In this document: positions 27,557 through 37,436 of the stretch, in pieces | How positions within the stretch are numbered: position 1 is the stretch's first letter | Layout: every line of letters starts with the position of its first letter | Origin: an uncultured Lentimicrobiaceae bacterium | GTDB taxonomy: Bacteria; Bacteroidota; Bacteroidia; Bacteroidales; 4484-276 | Direction: 5' to 3' | NCBI GenBank assembly: GCA_964593705.1 | Contig: CAZQIV010000007.1 | Coordinates: forward strand, 81 to 64,080 | Length of the DNA stretch: 64,000 bases | Position numbers and translations under genes: made by a program | Notes under the pieces: generated by a model | Told to the model about the DNA's origin: nothing | What the model saw: the letters and a program-made list of their open reading frames with translations, nothing else | The model's database searches: none

Positions 27557-29923
27557 TTAAAAATGAATTCGGTACTGCAACATAGGGAAAAATCCAAGTT
27601 GATACACATTATTAATTTCATTTTTTGACTTGCTATAGGTTTGGGCCAGTATGTTTTTATGATTTGTAAAATTCTCGATATAAAATTGCCACTCCTGCGA
27701 TATCTTCTTTTTCTTTGAATTCAGTCTGTAACCAAATTTTATATCAGCTTTAAAAAACGGATCATATTTTTCGCTGAAGGCCAATGATTCATCATATTTA
27801 GTTTCGCCTGCAACCTGCGATGCTTCAAAGTCAACAGGTGTATAATATTTCCCTCCGGCCAAGGTCAGCTTAAAATCGATATTGAATGCCGAGCGGGAAT
27901 TAATAGTAAATTCTTTGCCAACAAGTGCATTTAACACATAATTACCATCGAAGGCCGTGTTGCGCTCAATGCCATCACTGCCTTTGTACTTCGACTCAAA
28001 CAGCGAGAGCGTGGCAAGATAGTAAATGTTTTTGCTGAAAAAACGCTCAAGTGTAAACTCCAGGCCATAGTTGGTTCCTGTTCCGGTGTTCACCAGGCTG
28101 TCTTTAGCATCGATACCCCAGCCGGCGCCGGTGTTGAGCATGCTGAACGAAGTACTGCCTTGCTCTACAGGTACATCGAAAAGCGATTGATAGTAAGCCT
28201 CGGTTTTGAATCGTGTGTTGGATGACAAATACCAGTCGAAGGCTAGCACAAACTGGTTTGATTTAGTGAGGTCGAGCTCTTTGTTGGTTTCGATGAGTGT
28301 ACCATTGCCAGAATAGGTTCCGTAAAAGTAGGTCGAAAGGGTTTGGGTATGGGAATGTAGTCCATAAGCAAAACTGAGTTTTTTATCTTCGGTAAGTTGG
28401 TAGTTTAAGCCAATCCTTGGTTCTACATCAGATGATCCGTTAAGGTTGAAATAGATAAAATGAATACCGGGAATCAGGCTAAAACGTTCGCTCAAGCGCC
28501 AGATACCCTGGACATAAGTTCTGTAAAGATTTACACCATCAGCTAAATTTTTTCTATAGTTGATCACCGGGCGCATGGCCATATCGTCATAATTGTATTG
28601 CTTTGTTAAAAGATCAAAAACCATACGATCCACAATTATACCTGCCCTGCCCGAAATATGGCTGCTGAACCTCGAATTTACAAAGCCACTGAGCGAAGTT
28701 CTGGCCTCGCTGTAATTATGGTCGATGTTTGGATGGGGTACTCCGTCAAGGTCCAGGGTGTCGATAATGCTTCCACCATCCTGATAAAATCCTGAAAGCA
28801 TCAGCTTGTAATAGGTATTTGAACTGACCGAATGGAGGTAAGAAATCCCGGAGACTGCCATGCGAGAGCGGTTGGTCAAATCCTGCCCTTCATCGGAGTA
28901 GAGGTCCGATTCGTTCCCGTTCTTGCTGTCGAGCATGGAAATTTTGCTGTCGCCGGCAAGGGCAAACACCGACAGGTTCCCCTTTTTAAGCGGGAAGTTC
29001 AATTTAAATGAAAGATCCTTATACTTAGGAATTCCTGAAGTGCCGAGGTCGATGATGCCATCCATGAGCTCAAGGGTCGAAAACCTAAAATTAGCCAGGT
29101 AGGAGGATTTATGGTTTTTTGAAAATGGTCCCTCGGCACCAGCCTCAAAACCGTTGAAGCCAACCTGGAACAAAAACTCATGCTGTTCGTTGTTGCCATT
29201 GCGCATACCGAGGTCGAAAACTCCGCTAATGGCATTACCATATTCAGCAGGGAAAGCGCTGGTAAAAAAATCGCTGTTTGAAAGCAGGTTATTGTTGAGC
29301 ATACCAACAGGCCCACCGGTAGTGCCGTTTTCGGCAAAATGGTTGGGATTCGGAATATCCACATCCTCGAGCCTCCAAAGGAGTGTGGATGGCGAGTTTC
29401 CTCGGATGATGATGTCGTTGCGCTGATCGTTGGCGGCTGAAACCCCGGCAAAGTTCATGGCCATGCGTGCCACATCGCCCCGGCTGCCGGCATATTTCTC
29501 CGTTTCTTCAACCGAAAACGACCGCGCACTTACGGTTGCCATGCGGTTAATGGTTTCATGGCGCATCGATCGGGCCTTTATTTCAACTTCCTGTCCCTGG
29601 AAAACCTGCTCTTCAAGTTCAACATCAAGCACAAGCTCCTGGGCTGAGTTTACAATCATGTTGTTGTAGCTTACCGCTTTGTAACCAACATAGCTAATGC
29701 TGATGCCCTGCCGGCCGATGGCCACGCCATCAATCCTGAAAAACCCATCCAAATCAGTGGCCGTGCCCACCAGGGGGTCGGAGTTTAATAAAACGACAGT
29801 GGCCCCGGGAAGTGCCGATTTAGTGATTTTGTCGGTAACGCGCCCGCGAATGGTTTGGGTGGGCTGTGCCTGGATATTAAAAGATGTTGCTACGATTATT
29901 ACAAACAACAATATCCTTTTCAT
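27557..29923 (-). CDS. TonB-dependent receptor with N-terminal carboxypeptidase-regulatory-like domain
   Basis: 788 aa with a signal peptide. IRGRVTDKITKSALPGATVVLL is the CarbopepD_reg part. It has plug and barrel regions and a C-terminal aromatic residue (..YRIHF). Confidence 0.9.
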   Translation of the reverse strand: MKRILLFVIIVATSFNIQAQPTQTIRGRVTDKITKSALPGATVVLLNSDPLVGTATDLDGFFRIDGVAIGRQGISISYVGYKAVSYNNMIVNSAQELVLDVELEEQVFQGQEVEIKARSMRHETINRMATVSARSFSVEETEKYAGSRGDVARMAMNFAGVSAANDQRNDIIIRGNSPSTLLWRLEDVDIPNPNHFAENGTTGGPVGMLNNNLLSNSDFFTSAFPAEYGNAISGVFDLGMRNGNNEQHEFLFQVGFNGFEAGAEGPFSKNHKSSYLANFRFSTLELMDGIIDLGTSGIPKYKDLSFKLNFPLKKGNLSVFALAGDSKISMLDSKNGNESDLYSDEGQDLTNRSRMAVSGISYLHSVSSNTYYKLMLSGFYQDGGSIIDTLDLDGVPHPNIDHNYSEARTSLSGFVNSRFSSHISGRAGIIVDRMVFDLLTKQYNYDDMAMRPVINYRKNLADGVNLYRTYVQGIWRLSERFSLIPGIHFIYFNLNGSSDVEPRIGLNYQLTEDKKLSFAYGLHSHTQTLSTYFYGTYSGNGTLIETNKELDLTKSNQFVLAFDWYLSSNTRFKTEAYYQSLFDVPVEQGSTSFSMLNTGAGWGIDAKDSLVNTGTGTNYGLEFTLERFFSKNIYYLATLSLFESKYKGSDGIERNTAFDGNYVLNALVGKEFTINSRSAFNIDFKLTLAGGKYYTPVDFEASQVAGETKYDESLAFSEKYDPFFKADIKFGYRLNSKKKKISQEWQFYIENFTNHKNILAQTYSKSKNEINNVYQLGFFPMLQYRIHF

Positions 29924-30150
29924 GATAATTTGATTTTTAATGTGATGCTACAAAAATACAGCGATTCCTCAATTTAACCATGTACTTTCCAATGAACGGA
30001 AGAAAAATGAATGAATCATCCATGAATTGCTTACCCCACCCGGATTAACCCGAAGGGATGCCAATGTCACAAATCCGGGAAAGCAGGACAATCTTAAATC
30101 AAAAAACCATCGATTTTATGGACAGGCACAGACTATACAAAGTGTTAGGA

Positions 30151-30501
30151 CTATGTTGTTTTGTTTTCATCAATTATTGTATCGAGCCAATCAATGAGTT
30201 CATCTAAATAGCTCTCAATAATACTCCAAACAATTTCATAGTCAATTCCAAAATAGTCGTGTACAATTCGATTACGAAACCCTCTTATTCGTTTCCACTC
30301 AATTTGAGGGTTGGAATCTCTGAAATCGGAATCCATACGATTGGCAGCTTCTCCAATTATCTCGAAGTTTCGTACAACAGCATCCACTGTTTTGTCGTCA
30401 GCTACAAATGAATCGTAATCTAAGTCTTTTGTATATCGCTTTATCTTTAGGGAAGATTGCAACATATCATCGAGTAACAAAAGAATATCTCGTTTAGACA
30501 T
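30151..30501 (-). CDS. hepT: HepT (DUF86, HEPN) toxin
   Basis: The RNRIVHDY R-x4-H motif lies in the typical DUF86 context. Confidence 0.85.
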   Translation of the reverse strand: MSKRDILLLLDDMLQSSLKIKRYTKDLDYDSFVADDKTVDAVVRNFEIIGEAANRMDSDFRDSNPQIEWKRIRGFRNRIVHDYFGIDYEIVWSIIESYLDELIDWLDTIIDENKTT

Positions 30502-30784
30502 AAATTAAATCAGCGTTGATGGATTTTAGGTATTTTTCTTTAATTCCTTTTTTTGATACTAAATCGACTTTAAAGCCAATGATATTTTCCAAATCATCCG
30601 CTAAATCTATGAATCTAATACCAACTTTATCAGAAAACTCCACAAGAATATCCAAATCGCTGGAATCATCTTGTTCCCGTCGCGAATACGAGCCAAAAAT
30701 TGCCATTGATTTAATTGGATAATCATTAAACAATCTGTTTTTATGATTATTCAAGATGGCTTTTATTTCCTGCAATGTTTTCAT
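30494..30784 (-). CDS. mntA: MntA nucleotidyltransferase antitoxin
   Basis: FGSYSRREQDDSSDLDILV motif. There is an 8-nt overlap with hepT. Confidence 0.85.
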   Translation of the reverse strand: MKTLQEIKAILNNHKNRLFNDYPIKSMAIFGSYSRREQDDSSDLDILVEFSDKVGIRFIDLADDLENIIGFKVDLVSKKGIKEKYLKSINADLIYV

Positions 30785-30787
30785 ATT

Positions 30788-30976
30788 TCAAAAGTAAAGA
30801 ATTTTCATTAATCCAATTGAAAGTTTTTGAATTTTGCCTATTTTGTAGGTGTTTAAAAATATTGCACATCCATCATTAATAAATATCTCTTTAAAATTTG
30901 ATAAGTTATTCTGCTCGTAAAATAATAACATTGCTTTTTTATAATCGATAATCTGTTGATCCCTGTTTTCGATCAT
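30788..30976 (-). pseudogene. internally deleted copy of the Fic/Doc-like gene (copy 1)
   Basis: MIENRDQQIID (N-terminus of copy 2) is joined directly to YKKAMLLFYEQNNLSNFKEIFIN (C-terminus of copy 2). The upstream region is homologous to 32635-32750. Confidence 0.65.
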
Positions 30977-31504
30977 ATTGCATTTTTTAGCTCACGAAGA
31001 TAGCATTTAAAGCTCAAATTTACCTTCTGTTTGAGCTTTATTAAGTTATAAATTGAGCTGTAACTGTATTGGTTTGTTAGCTGTTAATCTCCGCAAGGGC
31101 TGATTTGTGCCCACCTTGCCGGCGAGGCAGGCATTGCCTTCGCTCAGGGCTGCCAACCCAGCGTGGATTCGCAGCCCCGAGGCACGAGGGGATCGCAACC
31201 CTGAATAAGGTTTTTGTGCTTAACGAATGAAAGATTTCCTCCTCTGCAACCGGAACTTTTAATATTCTATTGTCCAGCCAGCCAGAGATTTTATGGTCGA
31301 GGGCTGCACTACAATAAAGGCTGAAAGCCTTTTACATCAAAAGGAGGAGCAACGCTCCTCTTTAACACGATAGGATAATTACCCCCAGGCTGAAGGCCTG
31401 GCAATCTTTCTGGCAAGAATATCTTTTCTTGGATGTTGCAGGCTTTCAGCCTTTCATTTTTATTGTGGACAGCATCAAATTTTCGATTTATCCCACATGC
31501 GTGA

Positions 31505-31563
31505 ATTTGTGCCATTGGCCTGCCTCGCTGGCGAAGCGGGCGAGGCAGGCCAATGGCACAAAT
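31505..31563. repeat. long perfect hairpin module
   Basis: ATTTGTGCCATTGGCCTGCCTCGC ..11 nt.. GCGAGGCAGGCCAATGGCACAAAT. A second copy is at about 32757-32816. Confidence 0.8.
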
Positions 31564-31593
31564 CCAGGAAAGCAGGGGCGCTTGTTTTGTTTC

Positions 31594-32634
31594 TTAGAAA
31601 TATGTATTTACTGCAAATTCAAATTGATTTATAAATATCTCTTTAAAATTTGATAGATTATTCTGCTCGTAAAATAATAACATTGCTTTTTTATAATCGA
31701 TTGAATCGACTGTTCTAAACGACAAGGGACAATAATTTCTATGTATCAAAATTGCATTGCTAACAATCCGCGCGGTTCTCTTATTACCATCCATAAACGG
31801 TTGAATATAGGAGATGAGCACTAAGGCCAACAAGGCCTTTTCAAATACACTTTCTTTATTATTTATCACATCGCATGAATTTTGCAATGCTTCCAAAATT
31901 TGAAACTCATTGTCAAGAGGCCGGTAATTTGTCCCGGAAATACCTACACGTCTTTTTCTCAAATTTCTTTCAACGGCCAGTTCTTTTATTAAGATGCCAT
32001 GAATATCCTCAATCTTTGAAACACTCAAGGGAAAAAGATAATCCGGGTTGTCAATAATGAAATCAAGTGCATCTTTGTGATTTAAGAGCATGGTGGCTTC
32101 TTCTTTTGTTTTTCCGGAGGCGGTTTCCTTTTCTTTCAGGAGTTTTTCTGTTTCTAACAACGAATAGGTATTCCCCTCTATCTGCGAAGATTTCCAACTC
32201 AAATCGATGGCCAGGCGCTCAAATTCCTTTTTGTATTCACTTTCAGACAACTGAGATATATTATTTTGAAAAGCAGCCTGAAGCTCATTTAGTTTTAACA
32301 ATTCATTTTCTGTAAAAACACTGTGCTTTGATAGAACCTCATTTATGATCGGGAAATTGAATCCTTCATTAATTTTCCGCTCATCAATTTCCTTTTCGTA
32401 ATACTTGTCTATATCAATGGGTTGAATAACTTCGAAGGCAGGCGAGATAATGTATTTCCTCCCTTTACCCTGCCCTTGTGTGGATAAATAGTTTTCTGAA
32501 ACTAATTTTGTTAATATCCTTTTCAGTGTCGCATAACTTACCGAAATGTCAACATTATCAAATACCTCTTTTGAAGAGTTTCCTCCAACTTTCTTAACGA
32601 AATCAATTATCTGTTGATCCCTGTTTTCGATCAT
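31594..32634 (-). CDS. Fic/Doc-family protein with N-terminal wHTH and a degenerate active-site motif (copy 2, intact)
   Basis: 346 aa. Inhibitory-helix-like SSQIEGNT ([ST]xxxE[GN]). The Fic motif position reads QPFMDGNKRTAR instead of HxFx(D/E)GNGRxxR. Confidence 0.8.
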   Translation of the reverse strand: MIENRDQQIIDFVKKVGGNSSKEVFDNVDISVSYATLKRILTKLVSENYLSTQGQGKGRKYIISPAFEVIQPIDIDKYYEKEIDERKINEGFNFPIINEVLSKHSVFTENELLKLNELQAAFQNNISQLSESEYKKEFERLAIDLSWKSSQIEGNTYSLLETEKLLKEKETASGKTKEEATMLLNHKDALDFIIDNPDYLFPLSVSKIEDIHGILIKELAVERNLRKRRVGISGTNYRPLDNEFQILEALQNSCDVINNKESVFEKALLALVLISYIQPFMDGNKRTARIVSNAILIHRNYCPLSFRTVDSIDYKKAMLLFYEQNNLSNFKEIFINQFEFAVNTYF

Positions 32635-32846
32635 ATTGTATTTTTTAGCTCACGAAGATAGTATTTAAAGCTCAAATTTGCCATCTGTTTGAGCTTTATT
32701 AAGTTATTAAATGAGCTACAAGTAGTGGTTTGTTACCTGTTAATTACCGCATGTGCGGATTTGTGCCATTGGCCCGCCTCGCCGGCGAAGCGGGCGAGGC
32801 AGGCCAATGGCACAAATCCGGGAAAGCAGGGCGCTTGTTTTGTTTC

Positions 32847-33900
32847 CTAGAAATATGTATTTACTGCAAATTCAAATTGATTAATAAATATCTCTTTAAA
32901 ATATGATAAGTTATTCTGCTCGTAAAATAATAACATTGCTTTTTTATAATCGATTGAATCGACTGTTCTAAACGACAAGGGACAATAACTTTTATGTATC
33001 AAAATTGCATTACTAACAATCCGCGCGGTTCTCTTATTGCCATCCATAAACGGCTGAATGTAGGATATGAGCACTAAGGCCAACAATGCCTTTTCAAAAA
33101 CACTTTCTTTATTATTTATCACATCGCATGAATTTTGTAATGCTTCTAAAATTTGAAATTCATTGTCTAAAGGCCGATAATTTGTCCCGGAAATACCTAC
33201 ACGTCTTTTTCTCAAATTTCTTTCAACTGCCAGTTCTTTTACCAATATGCCATGAATGACCTCAATTTTTGAAACACTCAAGGGATAAGGTATCCAAGCA
33301 AAATTTAAAATGCATTGTCGTTATTATGAAATGAAGAGTAATAATAAAACTCTTAATTGCAAAATATGCATTTATAAATTTTGCCGACTAACTTGGACAA
33401 ACCAAAACAGGAATACACCATAAGTTATACATGATCACCTTGTTTGGTTTTGGCTTGTCCAAGTTAGGGTTGTCAATATTGAAATCAAGTGCATCTTTGT
33501 GATTTAAGAGCATGGTGGCTTCTTCTTTTGTTTTTCCGGAGGCGGTTTCCTTTTCTTTCAGGAGCTTTTCTGTTTCTAACAACGAGTAGGTATTTCCTTC
33601 TATCTGCGACGATTTCCAACTCAAATCGATGGCCAGGCGCTCAAATTCCTTTTTATATTCACTTTCCGACAACTGAGATATATTAGTTTGAAAAGCACTC
33701 TGAAGCTCATTTAGTTTTAGCAATTCACTTACGGTAAAAACACTGTGCTTTGATAGAACTTTATTTATGATCGGGAAATTGAATCCTTTATTAATTTTCC
33801 GCTCATCAATTTCCTTTTCGTAATACTTATCTATATCAATGGGTTGAATAACTCCAAAACCCACAGGAAACTTTGTAGAACCTGTTTTTTTAAATAGCAA
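32847..33900 (-). pseudogene. Fic/Doc-like gene copy 3, 5'-truncated and interrupted by a palindromic insertion
   Basis: ORFs 33388..33900 and 32847..33281 align with residues ~70-200 and ~203-346 of copy 2. The N-terminal wHTH part is missing. Confidence 0.7.
33286..33467. mobile_element. ~180-bp insertion of two hairpin modules into Fic copy 3
   Basis: It is absent from the equivalent site in copy 2 (32044-32055). It contains GCAAAATTTAAAATGCAT..ATGCATTTATAAATTTTGC and CTAACTTGGACAAACCAAAACAGG..CCTTGTTTGGTTTTGGCTTGTCCAAGTTAG. Confidence 0.65.
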
Positions 33901-34101
33901 TTCAAAAAGATGCCATAAAAAATATCCTTTTGAAAATGTATAATCCTATATCAAACATCGGACATCTGATTTTTTTTTTGATATATCAGATGTCCGATTT
34001 ACGAGGTAAGATGTTTGATTTTGCCACATCGCTCCATTACTCCAGACGTGCGTCCCCCGAAAAATCGGGGCAGGCTGTGCACCTCTCCATCCCTTCTCCA
34101 C

Positions 34102-34515
34102 CACTCCATCACTCCATCACTCCATCACTCCATCACTCTCCCGCAGAAGCGGGATTTCGCTTCGCTCAACATTACTCCAATACTCCATCTTTCAGTCTCC
34201 TTGTCTCTCCGTCCCCTCAGCTTACTATTGTTTCTCCATAGGAGTCCTTCGGACATTCATTCTATCATTCATTCATTCATTCTGTCATTCATTCATTCTG
34301 TCATTCATTCATTCTGTCATTCAATTATTCTGTCATTCAATTATTCTGTCATTCAATTATTCTGTCATTCAATTATTCTGTCACTCCATCACTCCAATAC
34401 TCCATCACTCCAATACTCCAACACTCCAATACTCTCCTCTCCCCTCTAACCTCTCCCTTCTAACCTCTCCCTTCTAACCTCTCCCTTCTAACCTCTCCCT
34501 TCTAACCTCTCCCCT
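34102..34515. repeat. block of short tandem repeat arrays
   Basis: (CACTCCAT)x4.5 at 34102-34138. 16-bp units CATTCATTCATTCTGT x3 then CATTCAATTATTCTGT x4 at 34256-34382. 14-bp unit CTAACCTCTCCCTT x5 at 34446-34515. Confidence 0.9.
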
Positions 34516-35291
34516 CTAAACTCCACTCTCACCGAATCATCCACCTTCAATCCAAGCAGTCCGGCGGCATTGCCCATGCTTATGGCTATTTCGAGGTGGC
34601 CGGTGGCATTGAAAAAGGCGAGAATTTCGCCGGGAGGTAAATCCTTGTACGATTGGCTGATCTTTGCTACGCTGTAGCGTGAAGCGCCAAAGAATATTTT
34701 AAACGGCCGTTTCTTGCCAACATCATTAAATAATTCTTTCGAAATGTTGGTGATCACATTTTCGTAATTATCGATGTAAATCACATGCCCTTTAATGAGT
34801 TCATTGGAAGTAACGGGTTTGAGTGCAATGCGTTCGATAATTTTCTTCTTTACAGGTCCGATTGCTGCCAAATCGTTGCCTTCAACAATATGTTTTATCA
34901 CTTTAATAAAGATGTCGAAGGTGGCGAAGGTGAAAGTGTCGGTGTCCTGGATCATATCGATCTCGATTACTTTTTCGGGGGCTTTTTCAAAAATCAGTGA
35001 AAACAAACCGTTGTCGGCGCCAATAAAATAATGCCCATTGTAAAGCGCAACAACATGGGGCATTTCGATGGTGGCATCTGCATGAATATCCACAATATGA
35101 AAAGTACCTTTAGGAAAATGATAGTAGGAATTTTTGAGTACGAAAGAAGCACTGTTAAGGTTGAAAGGCGGAATTTCGTGCGAGATGTCCACGATGTTGG
35201 CATTGGGGATTTGTGAAATAATTTTCCCTTTCACCATTGCGGTGTAATGATCTTTTTGCCCCCAGTCGCTCAACAGAGTGATAATCGCCAT
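34488..35291 (-). CDS. SAM hydroxide adenosyltransferase family protein (DUF62, chlorinase/fluorinase-like)
   Basis: MAIITLLSDWGQKDHYTAMVKGKI is typical of the DUF62 N-terminus. The last ~9 codons (GERLEGRG*) are encoded by the 14-bp tandem repeat. Confidence 0.8.
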   Translation of the reverse strand: MAIITLLSDWGQKDHYTAMVKGKIISQIPNANIVDISHEIPPFNLNSASFVLKNSYYHFPKGTFHIVDIHADATIEMPHVVALYNGHYFIGADNGLFSLIFEKAPEKVIEIDMIQDTDTFTFATFDIFIKVIKHIVEGNDLAAIGPVKKKIIERIALKPVTSNELIKGHVIYIDNYENVITNISKELFNDVGKKRPFKIFFGASRYSVAKISQSYKDLPPGEILAFFNATGHLEIAISMGNAAGLLGLKVDDSVRVEFRGERLEGRG

Positions 35292-35428
35292 AGATGAACC
35301 TTACTTCTTCGGTTTTTAAATTTTGGTCAAAATTAGTAATTCTTCTACGATGCGTAACAATTTTCTATAATTTTGGGCTTTGGAATTGTAATAAATCCAT
35401 ACATCAACTGACCATATTAAAATACTGA

Positions 35429-36424
35429 ATGACAGAAAAGAACATAGCACTTGAATTGGTTAATCCCCTTGAAATTTTTGGTGTAAACGAAGCCAACCTC
35501 CAATTACTCAAAGATTACTACCCAAAACTTCGGGTGGCAGCACGTGGTAGCGAAATAAAATTAATTGGCACTGAGGAGGATATTCTTGATTTTGAGCGGA
35601 AGTTTTCGCTGATGATGATGCATTTCGAGCGATTTGGAAAAATCAATGAACACGATGTTAAAGATTTGCTGGATGGAGAAAACGAAAGCGAATTGACCGA
35701 GTCTTTTGATAATGCTGACGTTCTGGTGCATGGCCGCCATGGAAAGTTGATAAAAGCCCGCACACCAAATCAGCAGCGCATGGTTGACAGTTGTAAGAAG
35801 AGTGATCTGGTTTTTGCCATTGGCCCTGCCGGAACCGGAAAAACTTATACAGCAGTTGCCCTTGCAGTACAGGCACTTCGCAATAAAGAGATCAGGAGGA
35901 TTATCCTGGCACGCCCGGCAGTGGAAGCCGGTGAGAACCTCGGCTTTTTGCCAGGCGACCTCAAAGATAAACTCGATCCCTACCTTCAACCACTTTATGA
36001 TGCCTTGCACGACATGCTTCCCCCACAAAAATTGCTGGGCTACCTCGAAGACGGAACCATCGAAATTGCCCCGCTTGCTTTTATGCGGGGCCGTACCCTC
36101 GACAACGTTTTTGCCATACTCGACGAAGCCCAAAATGCCACACAAAGCCAGCTCAAGATGTTTTTAACACGGATGGGCAGATCGGCGAAGTTTATTGTTA
36201 CAGGCGATATCACCCAGGTTGACCTGCCCAGAAATCAGTCGTCAGGGCTCATTCAGGTTTCAAAAATTCTCAATAATATTCCCGGCATCGATTTTATTTA
36301 TCTCAACGAAAGAGATATTATCAGGCACAAACTTGTAACTAAAATAGTGCAAGCTTATAGTAAATTATCAGAAATTAGCAACGATAAAAAACACGACAAT
36401 GACGAAAGCAGTACCCAGGACTGA
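35429..36424 (+). CDS. phoH: PhoH-family ATPase
   Basis: Walker [23 protein letters not shown] motif. Confidence 0.9.
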   Translation: MTEKNIALELVNPLEIFGVNEANLQLLKDYYPKLRVAARGSEIKLIGTEEDILDFERKFSLMMMHFERFGKINEHDVKDLLDGENESELTESFDNADVLVHGRHGKLIKARTPNQQRMVDSCKKSDLVFAIGPAGTGKTYTAVALAVQALRNKEIRRIILARPAVEAGENLGFLPGDLKDKLDPYLQPLYDALHDMLPPQKLLGYLEDGTIEIAPLAFMRGRTLDNVFAILDEAQNATQSQLKMFLTRMGRSAKFIVTGDITQVDLPRNQSSGLIQVSKILNNIPGIDFIYLNERDIIRHKLVTKIVQAYSKLSEISNDKKHDNDESSTQD

Positions 36425-37343
36425 TTTTAATTTTCCCGGACAAAAAAATCTTTACAAAGGCAAGGTAAGAGACGTTTACAACATCAACGATGAACTTTTG
36501 GTGATGGTGGTGAGCGATCGTATTTCAGCTTTTGATGTGGTACTCCCCGAAGGTATTCCATACAAAGGGCAGGTACTAAATCAGATTGCCGCTAAATTTT
36601 TGGATGCTACCGCCGATATTGTGCCCAACTGGAAAGTAGCCATTCCCGATCCGATGGTAACAGCCGGAATATTATGCGAGCCTTTTCCTGTTGAAATGAT
36701 CATTCGGGGTTACCTCACGGGCAGTTCATGGCGAACCTATAAAAAAGGAGCCCGCGAAATTTGTGGCGTTCCCATTCCTGATGGCATGAAAGAACATCAG
36801 CGTTTTGTGCAACCCATTGTAACTCCAACTACAAAAGCAAGCGAAGGCCACGATGAAGATATTTCGCGCGAAGAAATTATTAAGCAGGGCTTAGTTAGCG
36901 AAGAGGATTATAATTTACTGGAAAAATATACCATTCAGTTATTTCAACGTGGAGCCGAAATAGCCAAAAAAATGGGGCTCATCCTGGTGGATACAAAATA
37001 TGAGTTTGGTAAAAAAGACGGACAGATTTATCTTATCGATGAAATTCACACGCCGGATTCATCAAGGTATTTTTATTTTGATGGTTACCAGGAACGCCAG
37101 GACAAGGGTGAAGCTCAAAAGCAGCTTTCGAAGGAGTTTGTGCGCGAATGGCTGATGGAAAACGGTTTCCAGGGACAGGCAGGACAGCAAGTACCTGAAA
37201 TGACCGATGAATTTGTAACTTCGGTTTCGGAAAGGTATATTGAGCTTTATGAAAAGATTACCGGGGAAAAATTTCAAAAAACCGATATCTCCAACGTGAT
37301 GACCAGGATCGAAAAAAACATACAAAACTTCCTCAATAAATAA
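36399..37343 (+). CDS. purC: phosphoribosylaminoimidazole-succinocarboxamide (SAICAR) synthase
   Basis: [10 protein letters not shown] and [10 protein letters not shown] are hallmark motifs. 314 aa, long form. Confidence 0.9.
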   Translation: MTKAVPRTDFNFPGQKNLYKGKVRDVYNINDELLVMVVSDRISAFDVVLPEGIPYKGQVLNQIAAKFLDATADIVPNWKVAIPDPMVTAGILCEPFPVEMIIRGYLTGSSWRTYKKGAREICGVPIPDGMKEHQRFVQPIVTPTTKASEGHDEDISREEIIKQGLVSEEDYNLLEKYTIQLFQRGAEIAKKMGLILVDTKYEFGKKDGQIYLIDEIHTPDSSRYFYFDGYQERQDKGEAQKQLSKEFVREWLMENGFQGQAGQQVPEMTDEFVTSVSERYIELYEKITGEKFQKTDISNVMTRIEKNIQNFLNK

Positions 37344-37357
37344 TCATATTGCTGTAC

Positions 37358-37407
37358 AGACAAGGCATGCCTTGTCTAAATTATTGAAGACAAGGCATGC
37401 CTTGTCT
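37358..37407. promoter_or_regulatory. two identical perfect 20-bp palindromes spaced 30 bp start to start
   Basis: AGACAAGGCATGCCTTGTCT occurs at 37358-37377 and 37388-37407, between the purC stop (37343) and the gatD-like start (37437). It could be an operator pair or a tandem terminator. Confidence 0.4.
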
Positions 37408-37436
37408 CTACTGCATATAATAAAAAACAAATAACA

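Noticed and set aside
33930-34449. ORFs 33930..34241 and 34015..34449 (103 and 144 aa)
   Set aside because: The translations are periodic (HHSITPSL.., SFIHSVIHSF..) because they read through tandem repeats. They are not genuine genes.
19990-34487. Searched the island for an integrase, transposase, integron integrase or conjugation genes
   Set aside because: No ORF with tyrosine/serine recombinase, DDE or relaxase motifs was seen. The island's mobility signatures are therefore only cis elements, and no mobile-element gene is reported.
34256-34515. Possible CRISPR array, suggested by regularly repeated short units
   Set aside because: The units (14-16 bp) are directly contiguous with no spacers and are far shorter than CRISPR repeats. 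No cas genes are present. These are plain tandem repeats.
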